DNA of 63,340 nucleotides, counting the filler, from Saprolegnia diclina VS20 (lineage: Eukaryota): the NCBI RefSeq assembly GCF_000281045.1. It is 5 parts of 2 records of this genome, joined end to end, with 100 filler letters (N's around TTAATTAATTAA, not from the genome) between each part and the next. Parts side by side here need not be neighbours in the genome. Positions count along the whole stretch, not along the records: positions 16,886 to 30,441 come from NW_008246200.1; positions 30,542 to 39,184 come from NW_008246200.1; 3 more parts are not named here. One strand, given 5' to 3'. Position numbers and translations under genes: made by a program. Positions 23,370 to 35,662 of this stretch are shown one piece after another (within the stretch, counting starts at the first letter, position 1; the number at the start of each line of letters is the position of its first letter). The notes under the pieces were generated by a model. It had not been told where the DNA came from and searched no databases. It saw nothing but the letters and a program-made list of their open reading frames with translations.

Positions 23370-24273
23370 ATCGTGTTGTAATCCAAAGTCCAAGTGTCTT
23401 TTTTTCCAAGTGTCGACGCGATCGATAGGACCAGCGACCCCTGTAGGGCATGCAACTAGCAAGGGAGTCGGACTGGACGCCCTGCGCGTAGTACTGCGGC
23501 TGGCTCTGGTACTGACATTGCTGGACGCTATCGGCGGCGGCGCCTGGTAGCCCGGGGTCTGGCCCATAAGGCCGCCACAGCGGGAGCAAAAGGCCGAGTT
23601 GGGCAGGTTCTGGGATCATGCAAGCAGCAACTGTGATTTGGCCACCACGGGGTGTCCTACGGAAGAGTACGCACCTGGTGCCCTATAAATATGAATGTAT
23701 CCTTCTTCATTCGTTCGCCGGGCCGTGGCTGCGCAGAGGGCAGCGCGGGGGCTCGTCTGGCACTTCTGTTGCTGCCCTACGACGCTTGTGGCCGCGGGTG
23801 AGGCCCATGACGACAGGGTCCGAAAGTCCGTCCAGGCGTCACGGTCGGCGGCAAAGCTACGCAGTTTGTCAAGGTCCTCGAGAGACGCCAGCGACTGGAG
23901 GTCGCGGGGCAGGACGATCGGCAACGTGATCTTGGTGTGCCGGGCGTTATTTGACGATGGTCAACAAGCTTCCCCGGACGGTGGACTGACGGTTTCGTTT
24001 TCTGATTGACAGTTACAGAATGGATGGCTACGACGCGCCGACGCTAGAACGAGGATCTTGCGGCCAATGAAATGTGCGTCGCATCATCACTAGCATCAAC
24101 AGAGCGCGATAATAGTACTTTACATGAACATGTCCATGGCTGCCAGTCGGACTGGTATGGTGCAGGCGAGATAGAGCAGCAGACGGCCACACGACCGCGC
24201 GTGCGCGGTGTGCGGTTACTTGACGTCGAGTATTAATATTTGCGTTAAATAGGGTTGTCGATCTAAAACGACT

Positions 24274-25587
24274 CTAGTCGAACGTCGGTTCTTGGAGGCG
24301 GAGGCGAATTTGCTCGACGAGGTTGCGCTGCGTTTGGATGCACGCGTCCATTTCCGCAAAGACGGGCTCTTCCGGAAGATCGGCGAGCGACCCGGTCGTC
24401 GTGATCGAGCTATTGCGGACTCCGACGCTCGACCGCCGGCACTTGTCGTCAAACAAGGTCGCCCCGCTCGCGCTGGCGGTGTGCGCCTGGTTGGAGTAGA
24501 AGCGGCGGCGCGCAATCACCGAGTGCAAGATGGCATCTTCGTCCATCCATGCGAGGTGGTGCAGGGGCAACTTGGGGTCTTTGGCGACGACAAAGCACTT
24601 TTTACAAAAGGGTTCTTGGGCCACTGCGCCGCGCGGGAGCGCTCGCGGAACTTTGATGAGGCATCGTCGGCACATGACCTAGTGTAGCGATGAGCAATGG
24701 CGATCTCATCGATTTCATTGCGTACGTGATGGCAGGCCAGACACACGTGCTTGTGATGAAACACTCCGAGCTTGTCACCGCAGGAGCCACAGGCGCGGGT
24801 ACGGCTACGCGATGTCATGAGTCACCGCATACGAGACGAGGTATGATTCGTACCGGTCGTCGTAGTCGACGGGCTGATGCATCGCTGCGAGGAGGAGGCG
24901 CTTCTTTTGCGCGAGCATCGAAATCCGGTGCGTCACCGGCATGTGTGTAGCGACCTGCTGGTTGAAGAGCCACGCGGGAAACTTGCCTTGGGGATCCACA
25001 AAGCTGTAGTGCACGTCCTGGACGCGGCCGGTCGCGTGTTCGATGAAGAGCGAGATGGACTGCAGGCGGTAGGCGACCACATCGCGCGGGAGGTCGCCGG
25101 GCATCGACTCGCGCATGATGAAGAGCACTCGCTGCCCGAGGTCGTCGGTCAGCGACCCTGAATACTCGACAAACGTCGTGCCTCGCTTTTCAAAGCCGCC
25201 CGTCATGTAAATCTGCTTGGTCTTGGTGCCAAGCCACCGAAACGGGTCGTCGATCGTCGCGGCAAACACGGTCTCGAGGACGGCTGCGTCGAGGTACTTG
25301 TCGCCATGGACGAGGCCTTCCAGGATGCGCTGGTCTTCCGACGTCGCGGCGTAGCAGAGGTCGAGGACGTCGTCCAGCGACCGGACCGAGTGGCCGAGCG
25401 AGAGCACCTCAAGAAAGGGCGACGCCGCTGTTGTACGGGTAAAGAGGTGCTGGCCATGCTTGGCTTTCGCAAACCGGTAGCCGCTGCAGAGGTCGTCGCG
25501 GCCACTCGTGTACGATTGCAATAGGGTCTGGACAGCGTCGTGGAGCGTGCGCTGCAGCGATAACCACGCGTCGCGGTCGAGTCCCAT
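24274..25587 (-). CDS. START-like + FYVE zinc-finger protein (introns 24805-24853, 24679-24725)
   Basis: START-like DPFRWLG...FVEYSG...DPQGKFPAWL. After splicing: CGSC...HHKHVCLAC-HHVMCRRC...FCKKC. Short C-terminal coiled coil. Confidence 0.8.
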
Positions 25588-27237
25588 GGTAGGATGACGA
25601 ATCGAATCGGAGAGTGAGAAAATCTTACGCGGCAGCGTACATCAAAGAGCAAAGATAAGAGGCCAGAGAGAGCGTGGTCGCGGCGTATGCACACGGTTGG
25701 TCACGCATGGCGCAGGTCGCAACGCGCTTGCAGTACCGTGTGTGTCATCGAGCTTGCAATTGATGGCTTGTCGAGGAGGGTGTGGAGTCGGTCGCGGGAC
25801 GACTGGCATTGGCCTTGAAGCGATGTGCGCTCCGTCGACTAGTGTTTGCGTCCAATAAGTGCATTTTATATTAGAGAACGGAAAGATAGTCGTCAGGCGT
25901 TGTGCTCGAGTGCATCGCAAAACTCCGAGTGCTTGATCGGGTGTTACTCACGTGGGTTACCACCGGTTGGTAGCCACCGTGACATCCGCACGTTGCATGT
26001 GGCGTGTAGTTGAAGCGATGCGCTGTCAACGGCTGCATCAAGTGATGTGCCCGAACCGACCGACACGGACGAATCTTTCTCGTGCTGGCGCACACGCTGG
26101 CGTCGACGCAAAGTGTCTGGACCGACGCATCGACGGAAAGAGAAGCGTCACGGTCCAATCCCAAGGTACAAGGTGGTAGTACTCGATACTATTTGTACGA
26201 TTCCGTCTTGGGAATGCAAGGCCATTCCATTCGACGAGCCGGTTGGATCGCTGTACGCCATTGAAATTAGTCGACCATTATTTTGCGTTTTCCAAGTGGC
26301 AAAGGTACCACGCTGGTCGTCGCAACGACCCCGAGGCGAGTAAGCGCGTAGCACGACCGTGAGGACTGGTTATATTCACTCGGAAATAATATCCAGCTGT
26401 GCGACACATCAGCGTCCAAAAGTTTGCCGCGTCCATGGAAACGCAGCGCTGCGTGTGGACCGACGTGCGCTCAAACGCACTCGACGACGAATTTACGACT
26501 GTTACAGTACCCCAGCTGGTGCTATAATACCATCACTAGAAGCGCCTCCTCGCTTCTCGCCAACGAATCTGCGGCTACGGTCCGAAGCCTCGTGACCAAA
26601 GATGCCCCACGAGAGTTGGATTGCTGTCAGGGTGATGCAAGTGAAGGCGACCCATTATTTCCCCTGGGACAACCCAACGATTATACACATGAGCAGCAAC
26701 AATGTGTTTGCGCAGACTCTCTCGTAGCGACGTTTCCAAGTCGCGGTACACAGCGTAGAGCCGGCGACTCATCGGCGGTGGCGCAAGATACCGGCCTGTA
26801 TCACTGCCACGTCATGTAACGGTCAAAAACGTGTGGCTGTGCGGGTTCTATGGCCATTAATTGCGTGTGCGCACTGCATGCATAGTCGCGTCTCTGATCC
26901 TAAACAGAGACACACACATCATTATTAGGGACACACATCAAAGACAATGTTTCCACAACCGTTGCATGCGCGAGATCGACCTACACGCCGAATGGTCCAA
27001 CACGACGTCGGCTCGCCGCGATGACTCCTAGTGCGGTTGCTACCAGCTCGCACAATTCCGAGGCACGACTTCGAGCGATTCACGCTTGACGCACCCACCA
27101 GGCCTCACGAACGCCTAGGAACGTCCTCCATCTTTGTCTTGCTAATTGCATGCAATACCTCTTGTCAACGACAATTCGATCGAGAACAACAACGCAGAAT
27201 GACATAACTACGTACAACAAACTCGCTTTGAGTAGCA

Positions 27238-28297
27238 TTACGCCGACGAGACACGAGGACGCCGGGTGAATGAGGCGTAAATGTAGTCCATCGAAACGTG
27301 CTTGTAGAGCGGCTCGACGGCGCCGTGGACCTCGACGTCCACATCAAAATGGCGCAAAAGGCCATCGGCGAGTGCCTCGTGCATCGCGGGATCCGCGCGC
27401 TCGGCGTCCGTCATATGCGCAATCATGGCTGGCTTCATGACGACCGAGAAGAAATTAGCCATGGCCGCGACGTTGCCAAATGGCATCGGGATCGACACCG
27501 TCTCGAGGGCACGGAGCTGCAGCTCCGGCACGGCCGCGGCGGCCGCTCGCACATCGTCCATCGCGCGAAAATACGTTGGCACGGCCGACGCTTCCATCGA
27601 CGCCGTCGACACGATGCCAGCAGTCACCATGTCGGCGATGCACTTGTTAAACGCTGTATTGACAGTCCCTGCCATTGGGTTGTCGAGGTCGGCAACCATC
27701 GTCGTGCACAGCACGCCATTGTCGCAGAGCTCATTCACGCGCAGTTGCAGAAACCGCACCAAGTCGCTGTGCGCCGCCGCTTGCCACTGCAACGCCACAT
27801 CAGGTACCGTGGCGGCGTGCCGGCGGAGAAGGGTCACTTGACTGCCCGGCAGCGGCGTGGGCAGCTTCGACAGCCAGTGCAACGCGACGTACGAGAGCAC
27901 GAGATCCACCGACGCAGACGGAAGCACCCGCTCGTAAAAGCCCTTGGAGATGACACTGGCGTAGACGTTGGGAAAANNNNNNNNNNNNNNNNNNNNNNNN
28001 NNNNNNNNNNNNNNNNNNNNNNNNNNNNNNNNNNNNNNNNNNNNNNNNNNNNNNNNNNNNNNNNNNNNNNNNNNNNNNNNNNNNNNNNNNNNNNNNNNNN
28101 NNNNNNNNNNNNNNNGCGATGCGAAGCAGCGGCGCGTGCTGCTTGGCCACGGCGAGATGGTTGACGCTATCTTGCAAAAAGGCAGAGGTGCGGTGCACAA
28201 TGCTTAGCTGATTGAGCCCGGCCTTGTTGTAGGCGCCGCCGCCTTCCATGAGTGTCGAGAACCCGCGGCAAGCGCGCGACCACGGACGAGCTGACAT
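27238..28297 (-). CDS. SAM-dependent carboxyl methyltransferase (SABATH / Methyltransf_7); internal assembly gap 27976-28114
   Basis: MEGGGAYN...Q, LRIA next to the gap, GFYERVLPSASVDLVLSYVALHWLSKLP, DLVRFLQLRVNEL..NG, VPTYFR. Start is either ATG 28297 or ATG 28249. Confidence 0.85.
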
Positions 28298-28965
28298 GCG
28301 TGATATGTCGGATGAATTGGAGAGTGAAGTCGCCAACGCCATGGAGTACGGCAGGTAGAGACACGATCGAGCGTGGGACAGCAAGTGCAATGCTCAGATG
28401 GGCTCGTGCAAGAACGGCGCAGAGGCAACACTCGTGAGGCTAATCTGGTCAGCTCGCGGTGTCGATTCATTATGAGACTGACCCTCTGCAAGCATCTACG
28501 ACTTCTCTTATTCATCACTCGCACACCGGTTGGCCTAATTTGACGCCACGTCTAGCTGGGTGGTGGTGTCGACCGAGTCCATTAGCGTCCTCTGCAATTC
28601 TCAACTCGTATACTGCTTGGTCGATGAGCTTTTTTCTCCAATGCAGCAGAAACAAACGCCATTTCTTAGTAGGAGTCGAGATCTAAAATGCTAGCTCTAC
28701 GACGGTTCGCAAGATACGTCCCTTCGTGAAAAGGTCGTTTCGACTTCCTACGCGCGCAAAACACCCATTTCGAAGCTTCTTATGTGCTTTACTTTCACTT
28801 GAATCATGCTTCGTTTCGCAAACTCAAAGTGAATCTCGCAACCCAAACTTTGCTTTGAGACGGAACCAGTAGTATTCGGATATGAATCACACCAAAAACG
28901 ACGACTTGTCTTGGCAGCCATCGTGCGCGTCGTTCTCGCCTGACTCTTGCAACTAACACGTGCTC

Positions 28966-30441
28966 TTAGAGGATCAAACGACAGCGCGTCTCGTTGTTGG
29001 TCTTGTGTAGTGCCACGGGCAACGTCGCCAGCAGCGATCTCACGCCCCACGTCTCGACGTAAAAGGGCTGGTTCTCGATCGTAGCAAGCGCGTCGTACAA
29101 GTCTTGTTGGGTCGTGCCGTCGGTAATCAAGGTCATGTTCAGCTCCCGAAGCTGGCGACTGGCGGCGACCAACGCCGTCGTGAACCGGGGCACAACGCTC
29201 TCAAAGGGCCAATCGTGGACCCAACCCTCGAGCTTTCGGAGTTGAGGCAGCCGCGGGACAGCCTCCAGAAGCAACATCAGCTCATCGTGGTCCAGACGAT
29301 TGTCGGCCATATCCAGCGTCTCAAGGCTCGGACAGTGGACGCACAATGTCTCGAGGACCGATCGGAAGCCTTCTCCGTACAGATAGTTGGGTACGACGAG
29401 CACGAGTGTTTTCAACGAGCCAAGCTGCGCAAGACCCGCCGCAAATGCAGGCACCCGGTCGTCGTCGAGCTGCGCCGCCACTAGCTCCAGCGACGTGAGG
29501 ACCGACAGCATCGACGACAGACACGGCTGCAAAGCGAGCTCGCCAAAGTAGCTGTAGCTGAGATGCTCGAGGCGCGTGGGTGCAAGAGCGCGGGCCAAGT
29601 CGGCAAGAACAGCGTCTGTTGGCGTGTCATCGATGTCGTCGATAAACTCGTGGCGCTCGTGGTCATAGTAGAGCTCGCGCAGGCTTGTCGGGAGGCGGCG
29701 CCCCAGAAAGCCGTCGATGCCATTTACTCTTTCGAGCTTGATCTCGGCAAGTGTTGAGTTTGCGTGCAGGGCGCTGCAGAACGCCACCGCGGCGTTCCTT
29801 GGCATGCGCGAGATGTTGGACAAGGAAAGTGATGTCGCCGGTGCAGTGCGCACCCAGTCGCGCAAGTGGTAGCCAAGGTGAAGAGGCGCCTCGATCGACC
29901 TCAGATCAAGGACCAGCGTCTGCACCGCCGGGTGCGCCGTCGCGCGCAGCAGGGCGTCGAACACTGGCTGCTCGCCAAACGCCTCATGCGCGATCACAAT
30001 GAGGCTGCGTAGCGACGCGCATTGCAGCACGAGGTCCGCGAGCGCGTTGCCTTCGTGCGGCAGTATCGCTACCGGATCGATTGTAATATGGAGACCATCG
30101 ATCGCGGAGCCCATCGCGCGCACGAGAGCGTCGAGCTGGCTGAGGTGGCGGGTCGTGTGCGTAATGTGTATCTTGGGCTGCAAGGACAGCGTCTCATGCA
30201 GAGACGCAAGCACCTCCGGCGATACGGTCGAAAGCACATGCAGCCAAATGGTTGGCCACTGGAACGTCACAAGCAGGTCCGCTCGGTCGCGAACCGTGCG
30301 AAGAGCGGTCAGCGCGCGGGTCCGCAGATGCGCTGGGATCGCATCAAGGTAGCTCGAAAAGTCTTTGTGTCTCTCGATGCAGCGAGCGATGGCTTCGAGA
30401 AGCCCTGGCTGCAGCAGACCGTCGGTCACGTCGCGACGCAC
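28966..30441 (-). CDS. RNI-like leucine-rich repeat protein (5' partial)
   Basis: Long single ORF with LxxLxL repeats (LRSLIV, LAEIKL, LRELYY, LEHLSY, LTSLEL, LETLDMADNRL); runs into the gap. Confidence 0.7.
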   Translation of the reverse strand: MRRDVTDGLLQPGLLEAIARCIERHKDFSSYLDAIPAHLRTRALTALRTVRDRADLLVTFQWPTIWLHVLSTVSPEVLASLHETLSLQPKIHITHTTRHLSQLDALVRAMGSAIDGLHITIDPVAILPHEGNALADLVLQCASLRSLIVIAHEAFGEQPVFDALLRATAHPAVQTLVLDLRSIEAPLHLGYHLRDWVRTAPATSLSLSNISRMPRNAAVAFCSALHANSTLAEIKLERVNGIDGFLGRRLPTSLRELYYDHERHEFIDDIDDTPTDAVLADLARALAPTRLEHLSYSYFGELALQPCLSSMLSVLTSLELVAAQLDDDRVPAFAAGLAQLGSLKTLVLVVPNYLYGEGFRSVLETLCVHCPSLETLDMADNRLDHDELMLLLEAVPRLPQLRKLEGWVHDWPFESVVPRFTTALVAASRQLRELNMTLITDGTTQQDLYDALATIENQPFYVETWGVRSLLATLPVALHKTNNETRCRLIL

Positions 30442-30541
30442 NNNNNNNNNNNNNNNNNNNNNNNNNNNNNNNNNNNNNNNNNNNNTTAATTAATTAANNN
30501 NNNNNNNNNNNNNNNNNNNNNNNNNNNNNNNNNNNNNNNNN
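30442..30541. other. Artificial contig spacer
   Basis: 44 N + TTAATTAATTAA + 44 N. Confidence 0.95.
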
Positions 30542-30906
30542 GCTTGGTCTTCGCACGCGTCGCCTGTGCTACAGTCCGAGGCCGTCGCACCCAGGAACAC
30601 ATCCATCATCCTGCGCTTCTTGGCGTCGCACGAGTCGACTATGGATACGCGACGGCAAAAGCAGCGACTCGAGCCGCCGCCTCGCCGCCCGCAACCGTCT
30701 CGTCTGGCATATTCGAGCAGCCTGCGTACTGGTTAAGCGAATTTGTCGTCGGGTGCCACAAGTGCAACGTGGCCAGCTGCAGAATCCGTGCGCCCGTGCC
30801 ACCTGTCTTCGGCGCGACACCGTCTGATTGGCCATACGGAGCGTGTCCGTGGTGCATCAAACCACTTGGTCGCTCATTGTCCTTTCTGCGCTGACCCACG
30901 CACCAA

Positions 30907-32380
30907 ATGCAGCACAGTAGCGTGACCCTCGACGCCGAGCTCTACGGCCGCCTCAAGCAGCGCGCCCTTGGCCGCGTCCAGGCCGAGCTCGAGGCACAGT
31001 ACGAGCCCGACGTGGCGTACAAGGTCCTTTTGAACAAACACAACTTTACGGTCGCGACTCGAAACGTCCAAGACTCGGCCTTTAAGAAGCTCCGCAGCGC
31101 CGGGACCTGCCACGACATGACGCTGGCCGACATTCAGTATGCGCTCTACACGGCCGACTCGCGCGCGTACCGCGAGTACCTCGCGGTGCTCTACGGCGAA
31201 CACTATTTAGAAGGCGCGGTGCTCAACACGACGCTGACCAAGAACACGCAAGACCCGTTCTTGTGGTTTGGCGTCAAGTACATGAAGATCCACCTCCAAG
31301 GCAAGGCGGCGTTCGAACCGCGCGACGCCACATACGTCGAGGTACGGTTGGCAAGTCTCGTTGGTCTTGACGAGTCGTGTGTGCATCTAGTACACGGGCA
31401 CGACACGGAATTTGCGGGGCGAGACGGTCCTCTATGTCGTCCGGGAGACGCACGCGTTTCCCGAGATTCCTCCGTTCCATGAAGTCGTGCGCTTCCAGTT
31501 TGAGCTCGTCCAGCTCTACACGCTGCACAGCGACGGCCGTGTCACATTCACTTTCTCGACGTTCTCGGACCCGAACGGGTCAGTGCCCGGCTGGCTCTAC
31601 AACCAGACAGCGTTTGGCGATATGAACATGGACGAGAAGTTGCCACCGCTCATCACGATGCGCCGGCTCCTCGAAGCCAGAGCGACGTCTGCAGTCTCGT
31701 ACGTCGACAATATGACACGAATGACGTACAATCGATGGCAACTAGGGTGCCCGCCAAGCAGTGCAAGGCTTGCCATGCGTCGTTCTCGGTGTTTCGGTCG
31801 CGCTCGACGTGCGCGATCTGCAGCCATGTACGTTGTCGGGTGCGAAAATATTGTCTTATCTTGATATAGCACATGTGTAAGAAATGCCGCGTGACGATCC
31901 TCAGCCCCGTGCACACCAAGGGGCTGGTCCCGAGCGAGAAGCGCCATTTTTGCAAGGCGTGTGTCATTGACACACGGCGCGCATACGAAGCCGAGACACG
32001 GCCCGGATCGCGGTCGGCCCAAGGTACGCCAATGTCTCTTGTTGAAAATATATATATATCGAGGACAAGTAGATGCGGCAGTGAAGCGGTCGTCAAGTGC
32101 GCCCGATGTCCAAATACCTGCCGAGTGGGGCGTCAACCACCGGTACGGCCTCTCGACGTCGAGCGCGCCGTCGGTGCTGGAAGACGACACGGAACACGAT
32201 GATGTTGAAGACGTACGCGGCGCGTCGATTCTCTCGCAGCACGAGCAGCACCACCGACGTACGTCGAGTCTCTATGACGAGCACGAGATGCGCGAGACCT
32301 TCCAGCAGATGAAATTGTCGCTGGACAACCAAAAGCAACTGCTCTCGGACATGCAGCGGCAGTTTACGGCGCAGTTTTAG
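30907..32380 (+). CDS. START-like + FYVE-like protein, 5 exons
   Basis: DPFLWFGVKY...RDATYVE|YTGT...DPNGSVPGWL. After splicing (introns ~31342-31390, 31699-31746, 31828-31869, 32024-32072): CKAC...TCAIC..MCKKC...FCKAC. C-terminal coiled coil. Confidence 0.78.
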
Positions 32381-33477
32381 CAGAGTTTGTCGAGTCGTGT
32401 GGTGCTAAATCTATTAGAGTGTTTATCTGTTGGAAATCGAGTACCAAATGGACGTTGGGAATTTGCGTCCACGACGTCTGGGCATAGCTGACGTGGGTGT
32501 CACCGACGTGGGTGTATGCACGAGACGACATGCCGGCTCTTTGGTCTCAGATCCTCTTTTCGTGCTTAGATTCGTGATGTGTCTGGATGTATTTTGGCGG
32601 TTGGCCCTTGGATGTTGGGCATGGTGATAGCTTGTGGACTGACGAGTCCATGCAGCACGATTCAAATCAGAAAAGTGACGTACAATGTCTTCATCTCGGT
32701 TGCGTACCCTAGCTCCACAACCTGTTGGAGCTAGTAGTCTTTTCGGTTGTACTATTTCGGCGAATGTAGTTCCAAGCATTGGACTGTTTTTGTCGTATCA
32801 TGCAGATGCCATGCGAGCGACGTCGAGGCCGAGTCCTTCGATATCGGCTGTGAATCTGGCTCTGCATGATGATTCGACGCATGTACCGTGCAGACGGCGA
32901 CAGTGCAGTAGTTAAAGAGCTGCACACGGCGGCGACAGCAGGAGTACAACCATTCCGGTACGTCGAAAGGACGACGGGTCGAACGATGCGACGACTGTGA
33001 GAGGCGAGACCTTTATGATTCCTCCTACGTCGTTACTACTAAACCGCTTTGTACGTAGAATTACGTCTGGGCCGATAGGCGCGAAGGACGATCTTGGAGC
33101 GGCCACAAAAAGAATTTTAGCGCGGCGCAACACTGCTGGAGCGTGGCCAAAGTCCCTGTATCCATCCCGACAGCCCAAGACGAGCTTCGGCGCGCCGACA
33201 CCGGAAGCCTTGAGCGTCGCACGTAGCGTAGCCACTCGGCGGCCGCGTCGAAATGCGCCTCCTTGAGAGCGTGAGAGCGTACTCGTACGTGACGACGGAC
33301 GTTCGCAGCTGGAAATGGCGCATCTCTACAACACCGGCAATTTTATCCGCGAGTCGATACCGGTCTCTGGTGCTTGCTACGACGGCAGCCCATGACTGGA
33401 TTTCATCATGGTTTGCTAGCAAAACGCTTCTCGTCGGCACGATGACGCTTCTTGACCTCTATTCCGAATGTGACTGA

Positions 33478-33710
33478 TGTGGTGCAGCGCACCTGCGACT
33501 ACATGTCTTTGGTATAGTTGAAGATTCCAAGCACGTCCCGCTTCGGAGTCTGCACGTCCCGCTTCTGAGTCTGGTCCTGCGTATCTTTTTGTATTGCGTG
33601 TCTCTGACGATATTGACCACCAGACTAACATCTCAATTCACTTTCCAATTTCCATCACTGTGTCCAAGTCTAGTCTCAGGGCTTGGGTCTCTACACGGCG
33701 GTGTGGCACA
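33478..33710 (+). repeat. 5' LTR (233 bp, with a 21-bp internal tandem duplication)
   Basis: tgtggtgcag...gtgtggcaca; gcacgtcccgcttc(g/t)gagtct present twice. Confidence 0.92.
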
Positions 33711-33771
33711 AAGAATTCTTTAGTCTCCAAGAAAGCATCCTCACCCTCTCCTCCTCTCCAAGACCGTCAAG

Positions 33772-34927
33772 ATGGCATCCCCGGAACGTGTCCAGCCAGT
33801 CCCAAGCGACCCGCGCGACATCCCGATCCCGGAGACACCGCGCGAGACGCCTACGTACCGTCGGGGCAGCACGAACGTCTCTATGGGCATCTCTGACGAT
33901 CCGAGCGCGACGGTCACGCTAACTCTCGAGCAAATGGACGAACTGTTCATGAAGTTCGTGCAAAACAACGCGTGGCTCGGGCCTGCGGCACGCGCGCGTA
34001 CCGGCGCTCAGCAACTGCCGCCGGTCGAGTTCCGGCACTTTACGCACGTGAAGCCCGAGATGGTCGCGGAAAACATCCCCGCACCAAAGGGACCCGGCCA
34101 GTACGGTCGAGTCATGCCGGACGAGTACACGCAGATCGTCACCTCGGACGACATCAAGGCGCCGTACCTCGCGTCGACCGACGTCGCGAAGATGCGCGCT
34201 TTCTGGCTCGAATGGCTGCGCTACGAAGACGCCGTCATGGAACGCTTTAAGCAGTTCGACGGCAAGGCCGCCATCCAACGGCGAGTGCTCCGACACTGCA
34301 TCGACGACAACACACTCCGCACGATGCTCCGGTACCGCTGGAACCAAGGCAACCGTGCCCTCGAGGCGATCCCCGATGACGAGCTCTACGCGTTCTTCAA
34401 GACGGACTGCGAGCGGGTGAAGTCCAACGTGCCCGACTTTAACGCGCGCGTCCGACGGGAACTCAAGTGCGACGAATCAATCCGCAACGGAGAGTCGCGC
34501 GCCCTCGTCATGGTAGAGCAGTACGCACGCATCTGCGATGAGGCGGGGTTCCGCGATTACCCGGACATCGAGCCCGAGGCCGCCCGCAACCACATCATTC
34601 ACGCGGTGCGCCCCGAGTACCTCCAGTCGTACCTGCGGCAAGAGGTCAACTTCTCGAAAACGCGTTACAAGCGCTGGGACGATTTTGTGGGCCTGCTGAT
34701 TGACGCGTTTGGTGCGTACACCCGCTTCGACATCTACAAGAAGCCAGCAGCCACGCCATCGGCCGCCGACAGCACGCCACCGGGCAGGTCCAAAGCCAAA
34801 GTGCCCAAGAACAAACACCCAGCAAAGACCAACCAGGCTGAAGGCGGCAATGCCAGAGCACCGAAGACTGGCAGTCCGAGCGACTCGAAGCCCAAGCACC
34901 CGTGCCTCAAGTGCAAGAGCGGCGACC
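33772..34927 (+). CDS. Gag-like protein, truncated within the CCHC zinc knuckle
   Basis: Open frame from ATG 33772 ending in CLKCKSGD (C-X2-C-X4-[H]); the frame reads on to a stop at 35112 through out-of-frame sequence. Confidence 0.7.
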
Positions 34928-35440
34928 TGGGACGGCCCGATGGTGATCAACGACACAATTTCGGACTGGGTCTACATCGTGGAAGAAGTGCGCTCGCAGA
35001 AGACGCACCGCGGGCACGCCGCGCGCCTCAAGATCTACAACAACGCGTCCAAGGCCCTCTCGTCCGAGCTGCTCGATGCGATCGATTTTTCGAGCATGAC
35101 CACCGAGGTTGACCACTTCCAAGGCCTTCGTATCAACGAAGCAGGCGTCATGGAGCTCGACACGGTTTGGCTCGGCATTGAAGACAGCTCGTGGGAGCCC
35201 GTGGCCATTATGGCCGAAGACGTCCACCTCAAGTACAAGCAGTACATGGCCAAGGTCGCCCAGGAAGTCCAACCCGGCACCATGGCCCACAACGAGCTCA
35301 CGGCCATTCTCCGCGAGTTCCCGATCGACGCCTCCAGCCAGTTTACAGCCAAGGCGGCGCGCAAAGGGCGCACCCAGCGCACTCGCACCAAGAAAGCCAA
35401 GACCCCCGCCGCGACTCCTACCCGGCGCGGGCGCCTTTGA
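34922..35440 (+). pseudogene. Integrase C-terminal fragment (W.GP ... H..RLK.Y) plus chromodomain
   Basis: ATWDGPMVI...VYIVEE...HAARLKIY, then VDHFQGLR...TVWLGIEDSSWEPVAIMAEDV. Confidence 0.8.
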
Positions 35441-35450
35441 AGAAGGGGTG

Positions 35451-35662
35451 CGTGGTGCAGCGCACCTGCGACTACGTGTCTTTGGTATAGTTGAAGATTC
35501 CAAGCACGTCCCGCTTCTGAGTCTGGTCCTGCGTATCTTTTTGTATTGCGTGTCTCTGACGATATTGACCACCAGACTAACATCTCAATTCACTTTCCAA
35601 TTTCCATCACTGTGTCCAAGTCTAGTCTCAGGGCTTGGGTCAATACACGGCGGTGTGGCACA
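35451..35662 (+). repeat. 3' LTR (212 bp)
   Basis: Matches the 5' LTR apart from about 4 substitutions and the 21-bp duplication; begins 2 nt after the PPT. Confidence 0.92.

Larger units (their letters stand above)
33478..35662 (+). mobile_element. Internally deleted, non-autonomous Ty3/gypsy LTR retrotransposon with chromodomain
   Basis: Direct LTRs, TG...CA outer ends, 4-bp TSD CTGA (33474-33477 and 35663-35666), PPT gaagaagggg at 35439-35448, gag-like ORF and integrase C-terminus. Confidence 0.92.

Noticed and set aside
23245..23960. Minus-strand ORFs downstream of the DPP gene
   Set aside because: Partly protein-like, but no supportable start, splice model or family.
30542..30736. Open frame emerging from the spacer
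   Set aside because: Could be the C-terminus of a truncated gene, but about 64 codons with no motif.
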